This document shows, piece by piece, positions 46,279 through 56,297 of a DNA stretch of 64,000 nucleotides (within the stretch, counting starts at the first letter, position 1; each line of letters begins with the position of its first letter). This DNA comes from an uncultured virus (IMG/VR IMGVR_UViG_3300044724_001447) (taxonomy: Duplodnaviria; Heunggongvirae; Uroviricota; Caudoviricetes). The DNA lies in the IMG/VR virus record IMGVR_UViG_3300044724_001447. One strand, 5' to 3'. The translations under genes and the position numbers were made by a program. The notes under the pieces are model-generated. The model did not search any database. It was not told where the DNA came from and saw only the letters and a list, made by a program, of their open reading frames with translations.

Positions 46279-47791
46279 AGACTTAATAGCTTTTGGTAAA
46301 CTTTTTCTTCCTGATGATTTCATGAGGAGTGAAACACCTCCATTTCATTACGAAATGGCTGATGCTATTGATGATAATAATGTAAAACAATTAGCTGTTA
46401 TTTTACCTAGAGGACACGGAAAAACTGTGTTAACTAAATGTTCTATTATTAAAGATTTTTGTTTTTGTCCAAAAGATGATATGTTGTTTTATGCTTGGGT
46501 ATCAGCAACGCAAAAATTAAGTACTGGTAATATGGATTATATCAAGTACCACTTTGAATACAATGAAAAAATAAAATACTACTTTGGTAGTTTGAAGGGA
46601 AAAAAATGGACAGAAGAAGATGTGGAGTTATCCAATGGATGTAAACTTATTAGTAAATCGAATGTTGCGGGTATTAGAGGGGGTGCTAAATTACACAAAA
46701 GATACGACCTCATCATTCTTGACGACTTTGAACACGAAGCAAATACTATCACAGCTGAAGCACGGGCTAAAAATAGCAATCTCGTTACTGCTGTTGTTTA
46801 TCCTGCTATTGAGCCTCATACTGGTCGTCTTCGGGTCAATGGTACTCCTGTGCACTATGATAGCTTTATCAATAACCTCATCATTAATTATGAGCGTAGT
46901 AAAAAAAGCAAAGATGATTTTGCATGGAGAGTAATTACTTACAAAGCAATACAACCAGATGGTACATCGCTTTGGGATAGTTGGTTCCCTGTATCTAAGT
47001 TAGAAGAAAAGAAAAAGTTTTATCAAGATAGTGGAACGCCTAGCAAGTTCTATCAAGAATATATGATGGAAGTACAATCTGAAGAAGATTCAGTTTGGGG
47101 TAGAAAACACGTAAAGTACTGGGAAGGTTATTATGATTACGATGAAGGTGAAAGTCAAGGATATATCAACATTGATGGATTAAGAACTCCTGTAAATACG
47201 TTTATTGGATGCGACCCAGCAACAGACATTAATACAAAAAATGCAGACTTTAGTGTAATCATGGTAGTTGCAGTTGATGCGAATAATAATCGTTATGTAC
47301 TAGAATATGAACGCCATCGTAGTATTCCTACATTAGGAGCAAAAGATGTTGATGGAAAGATTATAGACAAAAAAGGTGTAGTAGATTATATTATAGAGTT
47401 GTATAAAAAATATAATTGCAAACAAGCTACAGTAGAAGATGTAGCTATGAATCGTAGTATTCTGCAAGCATTGAACGATGAAAGAAGAAGAATTAATCGT
47501 TATGATATAGCTGTTATACCTGAAAAACCAGGTGGACAACAAAAAAGAAACAGAATATATTCAGGTTTATCTGGTATTTTTTCTGTAGGTTCTTTATATT
47601 TAAGGGAAAATATGTTTGATTTGGTTAACGAAATTGTAACTTTCGGACCAAGAATGGCGCATGATGACACAATTGAAGCACTTTATTATGCAAATTTACA
47701 CGCATTTCCGCCTAATTATTCAAACAATGGTACAGAAAAACCAAAATGGTACAAACCAAAACGTAAAGCAAAAAGCTGGATAGTAGCTTAG
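46220..47791 (+). CDS. terL: Terminase large subunit
   Basis: Walker A PRGHGKT, Walker B LIILDDFE, GTP.H, F.QEYM, nuclease domain GCDPA...DFS...HDDTIEAL. Confidence 0.95.
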   Translation: MNINKNNVSKAEKALKLASKDLIAFGKLFLPDDFMRSETPPFHYEMADAIDDNNVKQLAVILPRGHGKTVLTKCSIIKDFCFCPKDDMLFYAWVSATQKLSTGNMDYIKYHFEYNEKIKYYFGSLKGKKWTEEDVELSNGCKLISKSNVAGIRGGAKLHKRYDLIILDDFEHEANTITAEARAKNSNLVTAVVYPAIEPHTGRLRVNGTPVHYDSFINNLIINYERSKKSKDDFAWRVITYKAIQPDGTSLWDSWFPVSKLEEKKKFYQDSGTPSKFYQEYMMEVQSEEDSVWGRKHVKYWEGYYDYDEGESQGYINIDGLRTPVNTFIGCDPATDINTKNADFSVIMVVAVDANNNRYVLEYERHRSIPTLGAKDVDGKIIDKKGVVDYIIELYKKYNCKQATVEDVAMNRSILQALNDERRRINRYDIAVIPEKPGGQQKRNRIYSGLSGIFSVGSLYLRENMFDLVNEIVTFGPRMAHDDTIEALYYANLHAFPPNYSNNGTEKPKWYKPKRKAKSWIVA

Positions 47792-47800
47792 GAGAAGACA

Positions 47801-48199
47801 ATGCAAGACAAAATAAAGATGAATACAGAATTTGGTCCATACGATAGTAAAGAAGAAATAGAAGGTTTACAAAAAAGACTAGCTGAAGTAGGATTCAATA
47901 TAGAAGTAGATGGTATGTATGGTAAAAAAACAAAAAGAGCAGAAAAAGAGTATGCTTTATATATACAAAACAATATACCAGAAGATAAAATGTTAATGTA
48001 TAATAATCCTGATTTAGTAAACATGGCTGAAAAACCTTTTCATTTATTAATGGAAGGTGATGTAAATTTATTTGATAAAGCTCTAAAAAATCCTATGTCT
48101 TTGACTGATGAAGAGTATGGTCGTGCTTTTCCTGATGCAAAAACTAATACAGAAATATTAAAAGACTCAGATATATTTGAATTTTTGAAAAGACAATAA
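47801..48199 (+). CDS. Peptidoglycan-binding domain protein
   Basis: I..LQKRL...GF....DG.YGKKT..A.K.Y (PG_binding_1 pattern). Confidence 0.65.
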   Translation: MQDKIKMNTEFGPYDSKEEIEGLQKRLAEVGFNIEVDGMYGKKTKRAEKEYALYIQNNIPEDKMLMYNNPDLVNMAEKPFHLLMEGDVNLFDKALKNPMSLTDEEYGRAFPDAKTNTEILKDSDIFEFLKRQ

Positions 48200-48591
48200 T
48201 GCCTAAATTTGGTAAAAAATCACAACAAAAATTGAACACTTGCGACCCAAGATTAATTGAACTATTTGAAAGAGTAGTTGAAGATTTTGATTGTTCAGTA
48301 CTACAAGGACATCGTGGAGAAAAAGAACAAAACGAATTGTTTGAAAAAGGTTTTAGTAAATTAAAATATCCTAAAGGTAGACACAATCAGTATCCATCGT
48401 TAGCTGTAGACGTAGCACCTTATCCTATAGATTGGAAAGATAGAGAACGTTTTACATACTTTGCTGGTTTTGTGATGGGAATTGCAGCTTCAATGGGACT
48501 AACTATACGTTGGGGTGGAGATTGGGATAGAGATACTGACTTAAAAGATAACAACTTTGACGACTTACCACATTTTGAAATAAGGGACTAA
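48199..48591 (+). CDS. Endolysin, L-Ala-D-Glu peptidase (M15, T5-like)
   Basis: G.R....Q..LF..G.S......RH......AVD...RWGGDW...D.PHFE. Confidence 0.9.
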   Translation: MPKFGKKSQQKLNTCDPRLIELFERVVEDFDCSVLQGHRGEKEQNELFEKGFSKLKYPKGRHNQYPSLAVDVAPYPIDWKDRERFTYFAGFVMGIAASMGLTIRWGGDWDRDTDLKDNNFDDLPHFEIRD

Positions 48592-48592
48592 T

Positions 48593-50815
48593 ATGGCACG
48601 TAAAAGCAAAGCAGAAACAAATAAAGAGTTATTTAATAAAGCTAATAATTATTATAGAAAAAAATGGTTTAGCGATTCTCAGAAAGGAATGGACTTTTAT
48701 TTAAATGACCAATTATCAGCTGAGGAAAAAGAAGATTTAAGAGAAGGTGGTATGCCAGACTTTATTATTAATCGTATTACACCAGCGATTGATATTATGA
48801 AATTTTTTATTACGGCTAACAATCCTAGATGGCAAGCAGTTGGTGTAGAGGGTAGTGATGCTGATATAGCACATATCCATAGTATGATTGCTGAACATTC
48901 ATGGCATTTGTCCAGTGGTAAAAGTTTATTTTCTGAAGTAATTCAAGACTCACTTGTTAAAGGTGTAGGGTTTTTTAAAGTAGAAATAGACCCAGATGCT
49001 GATAATGGTATGGGTGAAGTAGTTTATAAATCTATAGACCCTTATGATGTTTATGTAGACCCTATGAGTAGAGACTTTCTTTTTAGAGATGCAAACTATA
49101 TTATAGTACAAAAAAATATTTCTAAGACATCTTTAATACAAATGTTTCCTGACATGAAGCGTAAAATTATTCGTGCATCAGGTATAACACAAACAAAACA
49201 ATATTCTAATAGAGATATACACGAATCAGATAGTATTCAACCAGGCGATTTAGAACACGAAGCTTATACATTAGAAGGAGAAAGAGATGATATTCTTGAC
49301 TTTTATGAAGTATATACAAAAGAAAAAATACCTCATGTTAATGTTTGGTTAAGAAAACCTCCTACAGAAAGAGAACTTCAAAAGATTAAAGAAGCTACAC
49401 AAAAAGATATTTTAAATATGCAAGAAGAGATGGAAGTTGTTCTAAAAGAAAAAGAACAAGAATTCCAAATGTTAGTACAAAAAGGAGAAATGTTAGAAGA
49501 GAGAGCTGAAATAGAATCTCAAAAACTATTTGAACAAATGCAATCTAGAATTGAAGAACAACAAGCATTAATGGAAGCAGAATTAATTAGGTCTCAAACA
49601 AGAACCAAACAAATTGTTATGTCAAAAGTACAATTTGAAAACTTAGTAAAAGACCCATCTTTTAGAGAGCAAGTAGTAGAAAGCGTACCATTCTTCAAAA
49701 CACAAATTAAAGTAACTGCTTCTGCGGGTGATATGTTTTTATATGAACAAGTATTACCTATAGAAGACTATCCTATTGTTCCAATACCTTATCAACATAC
49801 AAATACACCTTATGCTGTAAGTGCTGTTATACCAATGATAGGTAAACAAAGAGAGATAAATAAATCACATCAAATTATGCTACACAATGCAAACTTGGCA
49901 TCAAATCTTAGATGGTTATATACCGAAGGAAGTGTTGATGAAGAAGAGTGGGAAAAATATTCAAGTAGTCCTGGAGCTATGTTAAAATATAGACAAGGAT
50001 TTCAACCACCTAATCCAATACAACCATTGCCTATTAATAATGCATTCTACACAGTAACCCAACAAGGTAAACAAGATATAGAATATATTAGCGGTATATC
50101 ATCAAGTATGCAAGGTATTGGTAGACCAAGTTCTGAAACATATCGTGGTTTATTAGCAATGGATGAATATGGTACAAGAAGAATTAGACAATTTGTTAAC
50201 AATGTAGTAGAACCATCACTTGAACACTTAGGTAAAGTATTTATGCAATTTGCACAATTTACTTACACTACACAAAAAGTGTTTAGAATTGTACAGCCAG
50301 AACAAGGGCAAACACAAGGTGAAGTACAAGAAGTTTCTATCAATATACCTATCTATAATGATTTTGGTAAGGTAGTAGAAAGATTTAATGATTATGCTTC
50401 AGCTAAATTTGATGTTAGAATTATTGCTGGTTCAACACAACCACTTAATAGATGGGCATTGTTAGAAGAATACTTTAAATGGTATCAAGCTGGATTGATT
50501 GACGATGTAGCTATGCTAGAGCAAACTGATATACGTAATAAAAAACAATTACTACAACGTAAAAGTATGTATGCACAAATGAAACAACAACTAGCAAATG
50601 CAGAAAATGCTATGAAAAGTCAACGAGGTACAATTGAAACATTAGAAAGACAATTAGTACAAGCTGGTATTAAAGATAAATTAAATGAAAGTTCTAAAGT
50701 AATGGATAAAGAGCTTAATAGAAGTGTTGCAGCTCAACGACTAATTAGAAGTCGTATGCAAGACAAAGAAAAAATTCAACAAGAAAATGTTGATAATGAT
50801 AAAAACGTACAGTAA
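48593..50815 (+). CDS. Portal protein B (P22-like portal family)
   Basis: DQLS...INRI.P, DPYDVYVDPMS, LPIEDYPIVP, TYRG...DEYG.RRI; paralog of portal A. Confidence 0.9.
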   Translation: MARKSKAETNKELFNKANNYYRKKWFSDSQKGMDFYLNDQLSAEEKEDLREGGMPDFIINRITPAIDIMKFFITANNPRWQAVGVEGSDADIAHIHSMIAEHSWHLSSGKSLFSEVIQDSLVKGVGFFKVEIDPDADNGMGEVVYKSIDPYDVYVDPMSRDFLFRDANYIIVQKNISKTSLIQMFPDMKRKIIRASGITQTKQYSNRDIHESDSIQPGDLEHEAYTLEGERDDILDFYEVYTKEKIPHVNVWLRKPPTERELQKIKEATQKDILNMQEEMEVVLKEKEQEFQMLVQKGEMLEERAEIESQKLFEQMQSRIEEQQALMEAELIRSQTRTKQIVMSKVQFENLVKDPSFREQVVESVPFFKTQIKVTASAGDMFLYEQVLPIEDYPIVPIPYQHTNTPYAVSAVIPMIGKQREINKSHQIMLHNANLASNLRWLYTEGSVDEEEWEKYSSSPGAMLKYRQGFQPPNPIQPLPINNAFYTVTQQGKQDIEYISGISSSMQGIGRPSSETYRGLLAMDEYGTRRIRQFVNNVVEPSLEHLGKVFMQFAQFTYTTQKVFRIVQPEQGQTQGEVQEVSINIPIYNDFGKVVERFNDYASAKFDVRIIAGSTQPLNRWALLEEYFKWYQAGLIDDVAMLEQTDIRNKKQLLQRKSMYAQMKQQLANAENAMKSQRGTIETLERQLVQAGIKDKLNESSKVMDKELNRSVAAQRLIRSRMQDKEKIQQENVDNDKNVQ

Positions 50816-50818
50816 ATT
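50790..50818 (+). promoter_or_regulatory. Possible promoter for scaffold/capsid B
   Basis: TTGATA-17 nt-TAAATT just before RBS AAGGAG. Confidence 0.4.
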
Positions 50819-50835
50819 AGAAGGAGAAATACAGT

Positions 50836-51699
50836 ATGGATAATAACAAGGATAACTTACTAGTAGATGATGCACAACGTGCAGAACTTCCAGTAACTCC
50901 CACTGAGAACGATACTGTGGCTGAAGATTTTTTTTCTCAGCTTGATAGACAAGTTATGGGTGAAGTGGTAGAACAGCCAAATGTAGAAGCTCAAGTAGAA
51001 CAGACAACTCCAATTCAGGACCCTGTTGCAGAGCAAAATACTGAATTTGATTCAGTAAATTGGGAAAAGCGATATAGTGATTCGTCAAGAGAAGCAAAAC
51101 GACTTAACAATCAATTGCAAGACATAGAACCATATATGCCTTTACTCAATGCAATGAAAGAGGACCCAAATTTAATTTCTCATGTGAGAGGTTATTTTGA
51201 GGGTGGTGGCTCAGCTCCTAAGAGCGTAAAAGAGCAACTTGGCTTAGATGAAGATTTCATTTTTGATTATGATGATGCTTTGTCAAACCCTGACTCTCAA
51301 TCTGCAAAGTTGTTTAATGCAACAGTAGATGGAGTTGTACAAAGAAGGCTTGGTGATTTTGCAAAACAACAATCTGAACAATCACGTAGAGCTTCTGAAG
51401 AAACTAGTTTTAAATCAAAACATAATGTTTCAGATGAAGACTATCAAGATTTGATGAAGTATGCAAAGTCCCACAAGTTAACATTAGAAGATGTGTATTA
51501 TTTAAAAAATAGAGATAATAGAGACAATGAAGTCGCTAATAACACTAGAAATGAAGTAATACAACAAATGAAAAATGTTAGACAAATGCCTACTAGTGTA
51601 GCGTCAAGCGGGAATACACAAAGAGAAGAAAAATCAGTAGATGATGCTGTCTTTGATAAGTTGTTAGCCGAAGGAACTGAGTTAAACAAATTGATGTAA
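50836..51699 (+). CDS. Capsid scaffolding protein B
   Basis: Acidic; WEKRYSD; YDDALSNPDSQSAKL matches YSEALADPDSSSAKY of scaffold A. Confidence 0.75.
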   Translation: MDNNKDNLLVDDAQRAELPVTPTENDTVAEDFFSQLDRQVMGEVVEQPNVEAQVEQTTPIQDPVAEQNTEFDSVNWEKRYSDSSREAKRLNNQLQDIEPYMPLLNAMKEDPNLISHVRGYFEGGGSAPKSVKEQLGLDEDFIFDYDDALSNPDSQSAKLFNATVDGVVQRRLGDFAKQQSEQSRRASEETSFKSKHNVSDEDYQDLMKYAKSHKLTLEDVYYLKNRDNRDNEVANNTRNEVIQQMKNVRQMPTSVASSGNTQREEKSVDDAVFDKLLAEGTELNKLM

Positions 51700-51732
51700 T
51701 AATAACTCAACAACCCCGAGGAGGGTAATAAC

Positions 51733-53271
51733 ATGGCAGATACAAGTTATCCAGCGTCAAGTCCATTGGCGTTGTCAACAAGTACAGGCTTAAGCCAGGG
51801 TTATGCGGCATCACAAGGTTCTTCACTAGCGACAGGAGATTTACGTAGAAGATACGACTTTTCTGAAAGATTCGGAGAGTTGGCAATTGACCAAACTCCA
51901 TTTTTCAGACTAGTTTCTTCATTGGCTAAGAAACCAACTGATGACCCCCAGTTTAAGTTTACCGAAAAGAGACATTCTTTTCACAAAAGATACGCATACG
52001 TAGTAGGATTTAATAATGGAACATCTGATGTTTTTACTGATGCAACATTAGTAGATACTAGTGCAGGTGCAATAGCAGCAGGTGGTACAGTAAAGCTATT
52101 TATGGCTACTGATTACTTTAGTGCTGGTAATATTCAAAATATACAAGGTCAATCTAACGGAGCAATCAAAGTTGGAGACTCAGGTACAGCACCAGAATGG
52201 ATTATGGCTAATCAAATTCTTAAAGTTCCTGTAAGTTCTACAACAGGTGGCGCAGTTAATGACTACATATTAGTTCGTGTAACAGCAGTTGGAGCACAAG
52301 AAGCAGCAGACCTATCAGGTGGCGGTGGTTCAGGAACAGCTGAGGTTAAAGAAGTAACAGGTAAAATCTTAAGAAGTTCTTCAAGTGTAGAACTTTCTAC
52401 ATTTGCTAGTGATGCAGGTGCAGATTGTGTTGTTTACAATGAAGACATTGCTGAAACTTTAGAACAAAAAAGAACTTATGTTGTAGGTAATTCTTATGGC
52501 GAAGGTTCTTCTTTATCTGGAGAAAGCTTCAAAGATAACCCATATTCAACTGGATTTGGACAAACACAGATTTTTAGAACTGAGTTTGGTATGACAAATA
52601 CAGCTAGAGCAACAGCTCTTAAATATGAACCAAATGAATGGGCTAGAACCTGGAGAGAAAAACTAATTGAACACAAGTGGGAAATTGAACACGCTGGTTT
52701 ATTTAGTGCTCAAGCTTCAGTAGATGGTGTAGCTCATACACAAGGTGCTATTGATTATGTTCTTAACTATGGTAATATATTTGACTTAACACTAGCAACG
52801 AAAACAATTGATGATTTCTTGCAAGATATGTCACAATATCAAGACCCAAGATACAATCAAGATGCAGCTACAGTCTACATGTGTAGTACTGCAGTTTACA
52901 CTTGGTTCCACAAAATTGGTGGGTTCTTTAAGAACAATATTGGAATTGATTCACAGTTCCAAGCAGACCTAGCCGTTACAGGTAGAAAGAAAGTAATGGG
53001 ACTAGATGTAACTGAAATCTCTACTGTTTATGGTAACATGAACATCGCAAGATGTGTTGCTTTAGATAGTACTGATGTCAAGATTCTAGCGTTAAATATG
53101 AACAACGTAGCTTACAGACCACTAGTTGGTAATGGAGTTAATAGAGATACTGCGGTATACGTAGGAGTTCAAAATCTTGAAAACACAGGTGTTGACAAGA
53201 GAGTAGACATCATATTAACAGAAGCTGGTTTTGAATTTATGATGCCAGAATCACACGCTATTTGGAAATAA
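51733..53271 (+). CDS. Major capsid protein B (HK97 fold, DUF5309-like)
   Basis: AKKPTDDPQFKFTEKRH, TQIFRT, EKLIEHKWEIE, NNVAYRPLVGNG.NRDT, LTEAG.E...PESHA. Confidence 0.88.
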   Translation: MADTSYPASSPLALSTSTGLSQGYAASQGSSLATGDLRRRYDFSERFGELAIDQTPFFRLVSSLAKKPTDDPQFKFTEKRHSFHKRYAYVVGFNNGTSDVFTDATLVDTSAGAIAAGGTVKLFMATDYFSAGNIQNIQGQSNGAIKVGDSGTAPEWIMANQILKVPVSSTTGGAVNDYILVRVTAVGAQEAADLSGGGGSGTAEVKEVTGKILRSSSSVELSTFASDAGADCVVYNEDIAETLEQKRTYVVGNSYGEGSSLSGESFKDNPYSTGFGQTQIFRTEFGMTNTARATALKYEPNEWARTWREKLIEHKWEIEHAGLFSAQASVDGVAHTQGAIDYVLNYGNIFDLTLATKTIDDFLQDMSQYQDPRYNQDAATVYMCSTAVYTWFHKIGGFFKNNIGIDSQFQADLAVTGRKKVMGLDVTEISTVYGNMNIARCVALDSTDVKILALNMNNVAYRPLVGNGVNRDTAVYVGVQNLENTGVDKRVDIILTEAGFEFMMPESHAIWK

Positions 53272-53281
53272 TAGCTAAATT

Positions 53282-53336
53282 GTAGATGGTCCCTTGAGGT
53301 TCTTTACCTCCTTTCTCCCTCGGGGGACTCATCTGC
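53282..53336 (+). promoter_or_regulatory. Long hairpin after capsid B with an anti-SD-like loop
   Basis: gtagatg-gtcccttgagg ... cctcgggggac-t-catctgc; loop contains ACCTCCTTTCT. Confidence 0.55.
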
Positions 53337-53350
53337 GTTAGGATGCAACT

Positions 53351-54217
53351 ATGAAATTGTGGGAAAAAGTTAACAATATTACTGGGAATAGCTCGAAAGC
53401 TAGATTTTTAATTGAGTATATCAATGCTGGTTCTAAGTTTATTATGTCATCATTGCCTGAAAAATGGTTATGGACTATAGCTACTGAAACTGAAATAAGT
53501 GGATGGAATAGTTCTGGAACAAGTTTAATAGGTTCTGGTTCTGATGTAGCGTATGATAAAATACTAGGAGTCTATAGATATGAAGGTAGCAAACGTAGAA
53601 TAGCTAAAGAAATATCAGATAAGTTTATACACTCAACTGATGAAGCTGGTAGTCTTTCATTGCCAACAAAAATGTTTCCAGTTTTTTATAAGTTAAATGG
53701 CAAGATATTTATTAAGCCAGACCCAGATTATAATGCATCTTCCTCACAACAATCTTACACACCAGTAGGGGGTAGCTCTACAAATGTAGCAGCTTCAGGC
53801 GGAGACAAAGGAGTGGTAATTTATTCAGCCCCCCCAATCATTGATGAAAATACCGAAAATTGGGTATTATCAGAATATGAAAATGTTGCATTACATTATG
53901 CAGCTTCATTAGATATGTTAAGATTAGCTAGTGTATCTGATGCTGAAAAAATATTAGAAGGTGGATATGCCAGTGTAGATGCTACAAGCAAAACAAGTTT
54001 AAGTGCTATACATTGGTTAGAAGATGAAGACCCTGAAATGGCTAATGCAGTTATTCAAGTGTCTCAGGGAGATTTAAGTTTAGCTAATCAAAGATTACAG
54101 ACAGCAATGGCATTTTATCAAAGAGCAGTTGCTGAATTACGTTCTATAACTGGAGCATTTGCAGTTCCTGAAGAACAACAACAATCACAACGTAAAGAAC
54201 AAGGAATGACAACATAA
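53351..54217 (+). CDS. Head-tail adaptor/neck protein B1
   Basis: KILGVYR...AKEI...GSL..PT...PVFYK..GKIFIKP aligns with A1. Confidence 0.6.
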   Translation: MKLWEKVNNITGNSSKARFLIEYINAGSKFIMSSLPEKWLWTIATETEISGWNSSGTSLIGSGSDVAYDKILGVYRYEGSKRRIAKEISDKFIHSTDEAGSLSLPTKMFPVFYKLNGKIFIKPDPDYNASSSQQSYTPVGGSSTNVAASGGDKGVVIYSAPPIIDENTENWVLSEYENVALHYAASLDMLRLASVSDAEKILEGGYASVDATSKTSLSAIHWLEDEDPEMANAVIQVSQGDLSLANQRLQTAMAFYQRAVAELRSITGAFAVPEEQQQSQRKEQGMTT

Positions 54218-54495
54218 TGAAAGTTTTAGAAGTAATGGAACGAGCGAATACACGTGATACTAACCTAGTAATTGCGTATATTAAAGATGCAATATTAGAG
54301 ATACAATCTAACAATGAGTTAGATACTGCGGTAGATAAACAAAATATTGTTGAAGATACAAGAGATTATTCATTACCAGCAGGTATGATTGCATTAAAAA
54401 GTGTTAGTATATTAGATACTGAAGATGATAATAAATACAAAGCAATTAGAAGATTGCAACACGACCCATTAGTTACTGAGGATACAAATCCATGA
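54217..54495 (+). CDS. Neck protein B2
   Basis: Positional and weak sequence paralog of 5446-5736. Confidence 0.5.
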   Translation: MKVLEVMERANTRDTNLVIAYIKDAILEIQSNNELDTAVDKQNIVEDTRDYSLPAGMIALKSVSILDTEDDNKYKAIRRLQHDPLVTEDTNP

Positions 54496-54947
54496 GCTAC
54501 GATACAGATAGAACATACGCATACATATATAGTGGTAAAAAGATTAGATTATATAAGATAGTACGTAGTGCTGGTAGAATTATTGATAATCAAGGTAGAG
54601 TAACTGGTGGATTATTAGATGATATTATATATCCAGATGAAAGTATTACAAATGGATTACGTATTGAGTTTACAAAGATAGTAGAACCTTTTGTTGTAGA
54701 GGACCCAGAAACTACCTCTTCGCTAACAGAAGATACTAGTCCAAGCGAATCATCGCATTTAAATTTAAATAGAGTATTATCACTTGCTGTGGTATGTTAC
54801 GTAAAAGCACAATTAGCTGAACGTATGGGTAATATGCAATTAAAAGAATACTATATGAGAGAATTTTATAAAAAAGTAGCAGATAACGAAAGTAATAAAA
54901 ATAAAGTATTTATGGCAAGTCCAATAAAAACTTTTGCAGTTAAATAA
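54492..54947 (+). CDS. Neck protein B3
   Basis: MGNMQLKEYYMREF aligns with RGNIQQAMYYKAEY of A3. Confidence 0.5.
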   Translation: MSYDTDRTYAYIYSGKKIRLYKIVRSAGRIIDNQGRVTGGLLDDIIYPDESITNGLRIEFTKIVEPFVVEDPETTSSLTEDTSPSESSHLNLNRVLSLAVVCYVKAQLAERMGNMQLKEYYMREFYKKVADNESNKNKVFMASPIKTFAVK

Positions 54948-54959
54948 TAGGAGAAGAAC

Positions 54960-55202
54960 ATGGCGAACCCAAAAGGCATAAATGATTACTTGGTACAAGA
55001 AAGTGTTGCACCATATTGTAGTGCAGTTGTAGCAACAACAAGCGACCAAGATACATGTAGAGCAATATATGTTAAAGTTGCTGGTAATTATGATTTAACA
55101 GTAAATGGTATAGCAGTTACCTTTACAGGGTTGTTGGCTGGACATATATATCCAATCGCAGCTAGTAAATCAAGTTCAGCAAATGTAATATTTTTATATT
55201 AG
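54960..55202 (+). CDS. Putative head-spike base/decoration protein (RcGTA Rcc01079-like)
   Basis: RAIYV..AG...LT..G..VTF.GL.AG.I.PI...S...VIFLY pattern and ~80-aa size; recognised from memory of the family. Confidence 0.5.
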   Translation: MANPKGINDYLVQESVAPYCSAVVATTSDQDTCRAIYVKVAGNYDLTVNGIAVTFTGLLAGHIYPIAASKSSSANVIFLY

Positions 55203-55211
55203 GAGTTTATA

Positions 55212-55565
55212 GTGATTACGGCAAATCAATATCAAGATATACAAATAATGCAAGGTACTGACTTTGTAAATACTATAACATTTGAAGTACCACACGATAC
55301 AGCTAATTATGACTATAAAGTATTTATAGGAGTAGATTATGCTTCTGCGCCAGTTAAAACATTAACAGTAGGTAGCGGTTTAACTAAAACTAGTGATACT
55401 GTATTAACAATGGCTTTAACGGATGTAGAAACTGATTTATTAGCAGATAACTTTGAAGGTGTTTGGGAGTTAGTATCTAAAAAAACTAGTGATGGTAGTG
55501 GTACTTTAACAAGAGAATTACAAGGTGATGTTGTTGTATCTCCAAGAATAGGAGACCCATTCTAA
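55212..55565 (+). CDS. Small beta-rich virion protein B (fibre-anchor-like)
   Basis: I.IMQGTDF...TRELQG.V.VSP; paralog of 6137-6487. Confidence 0.55.
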   Translation: MITANQYQDIQIMQGTDFVNTITFEVPHDTANYDYKVFIGVDYASAPVKTLTVGSGLTKTSDTVLTMALTDVETDLLADNFEGVWELVSKKTSDGSGTLTRELQGDVVVSPRIGDPF

Positions 55566-56281
55566 TGGCTATAAGTGCAAAAGTATCATCACCAGTAGAT
55601 GTTAAAGTTGCAGTAGGTAATACAAGTGCAACAAAATCTACAGGATTACAAAATATATCTAAAGTCAACCAAACTATTACGATTGATGCAAGTGATATAC
55701 CTATAACACCAGCATTAGATAATAGTAGTGCAACAAATGTAAGAGATGCATTAAATGATTTCACTAATACTCAAGGTTCGCAAACACTTACAAACAAAAC
55801 AATTGACGCTGATAACAATACTATTTCTAATTTAGAAGTAGATAATTTAAAATCAGGTGTATTAGATACAGATTTAAGTTCGGTAGCTAGTACTGATACA
55901 ACATTGCCTAGTGCTAAGGCAGTTAAAACTTATGTTGATGATGTTGAATCAAATATCAATGCATCAATAACAGCACAAGATTTAGATTTTCAAGCAGATA
56001 CAGGGGGTGCATTAAATATAGATTTAGATAGCGAAACGCTTATTATTGCTGGTGGTACTGGTATAGATACTACTGGTTCAGGTAATCAAGTTAGTGTAGC
56101 AGTAGATAATACTATAGCAACAAAAACGTATGTAGATACTCAAGTTGCTGGTGTAAATACTCTTGAAGAATTAAGTGATACTAATATATCTAGCGTTTCT
56201 GACGACTCTTTACTACAATATGATAATGCAAGTGAAAAATGGATTAACGTAACTGAAATAAGTGGTGGAACATTTATTTAG
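55565..56281 (+). CDS. Fibre segment protein B
   Basis: QTLTNKTI, SAKAVKTYVD, GGTGI.T, L.ELSDTNI...LQYD...KWIN, C-terminal GGTFI. Confidence 0.6.
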   Translation: MAISAKVSSPVDVKVAVGNTSATKSTGLQNISKVNQTITIDASDIPITPALDNSSATNVRDALNDFTNTQGSQTLTNKTIDADNNTISNLEVDNLKSGVLDTDLSSVASTDTTLPSAKAVKTYVDDVESNINASITAQDLDFQADTGGALNIDLDSETLIIAGGTGIDTTGSGNQVSVAVDNTIATKTYVDTQVAGVNTLEELSDTNISSVSDDSLLQYDNASEKWINVTEISGGTFI

Positions 56282-56297
56282 TTGATAGGAAAATAAA

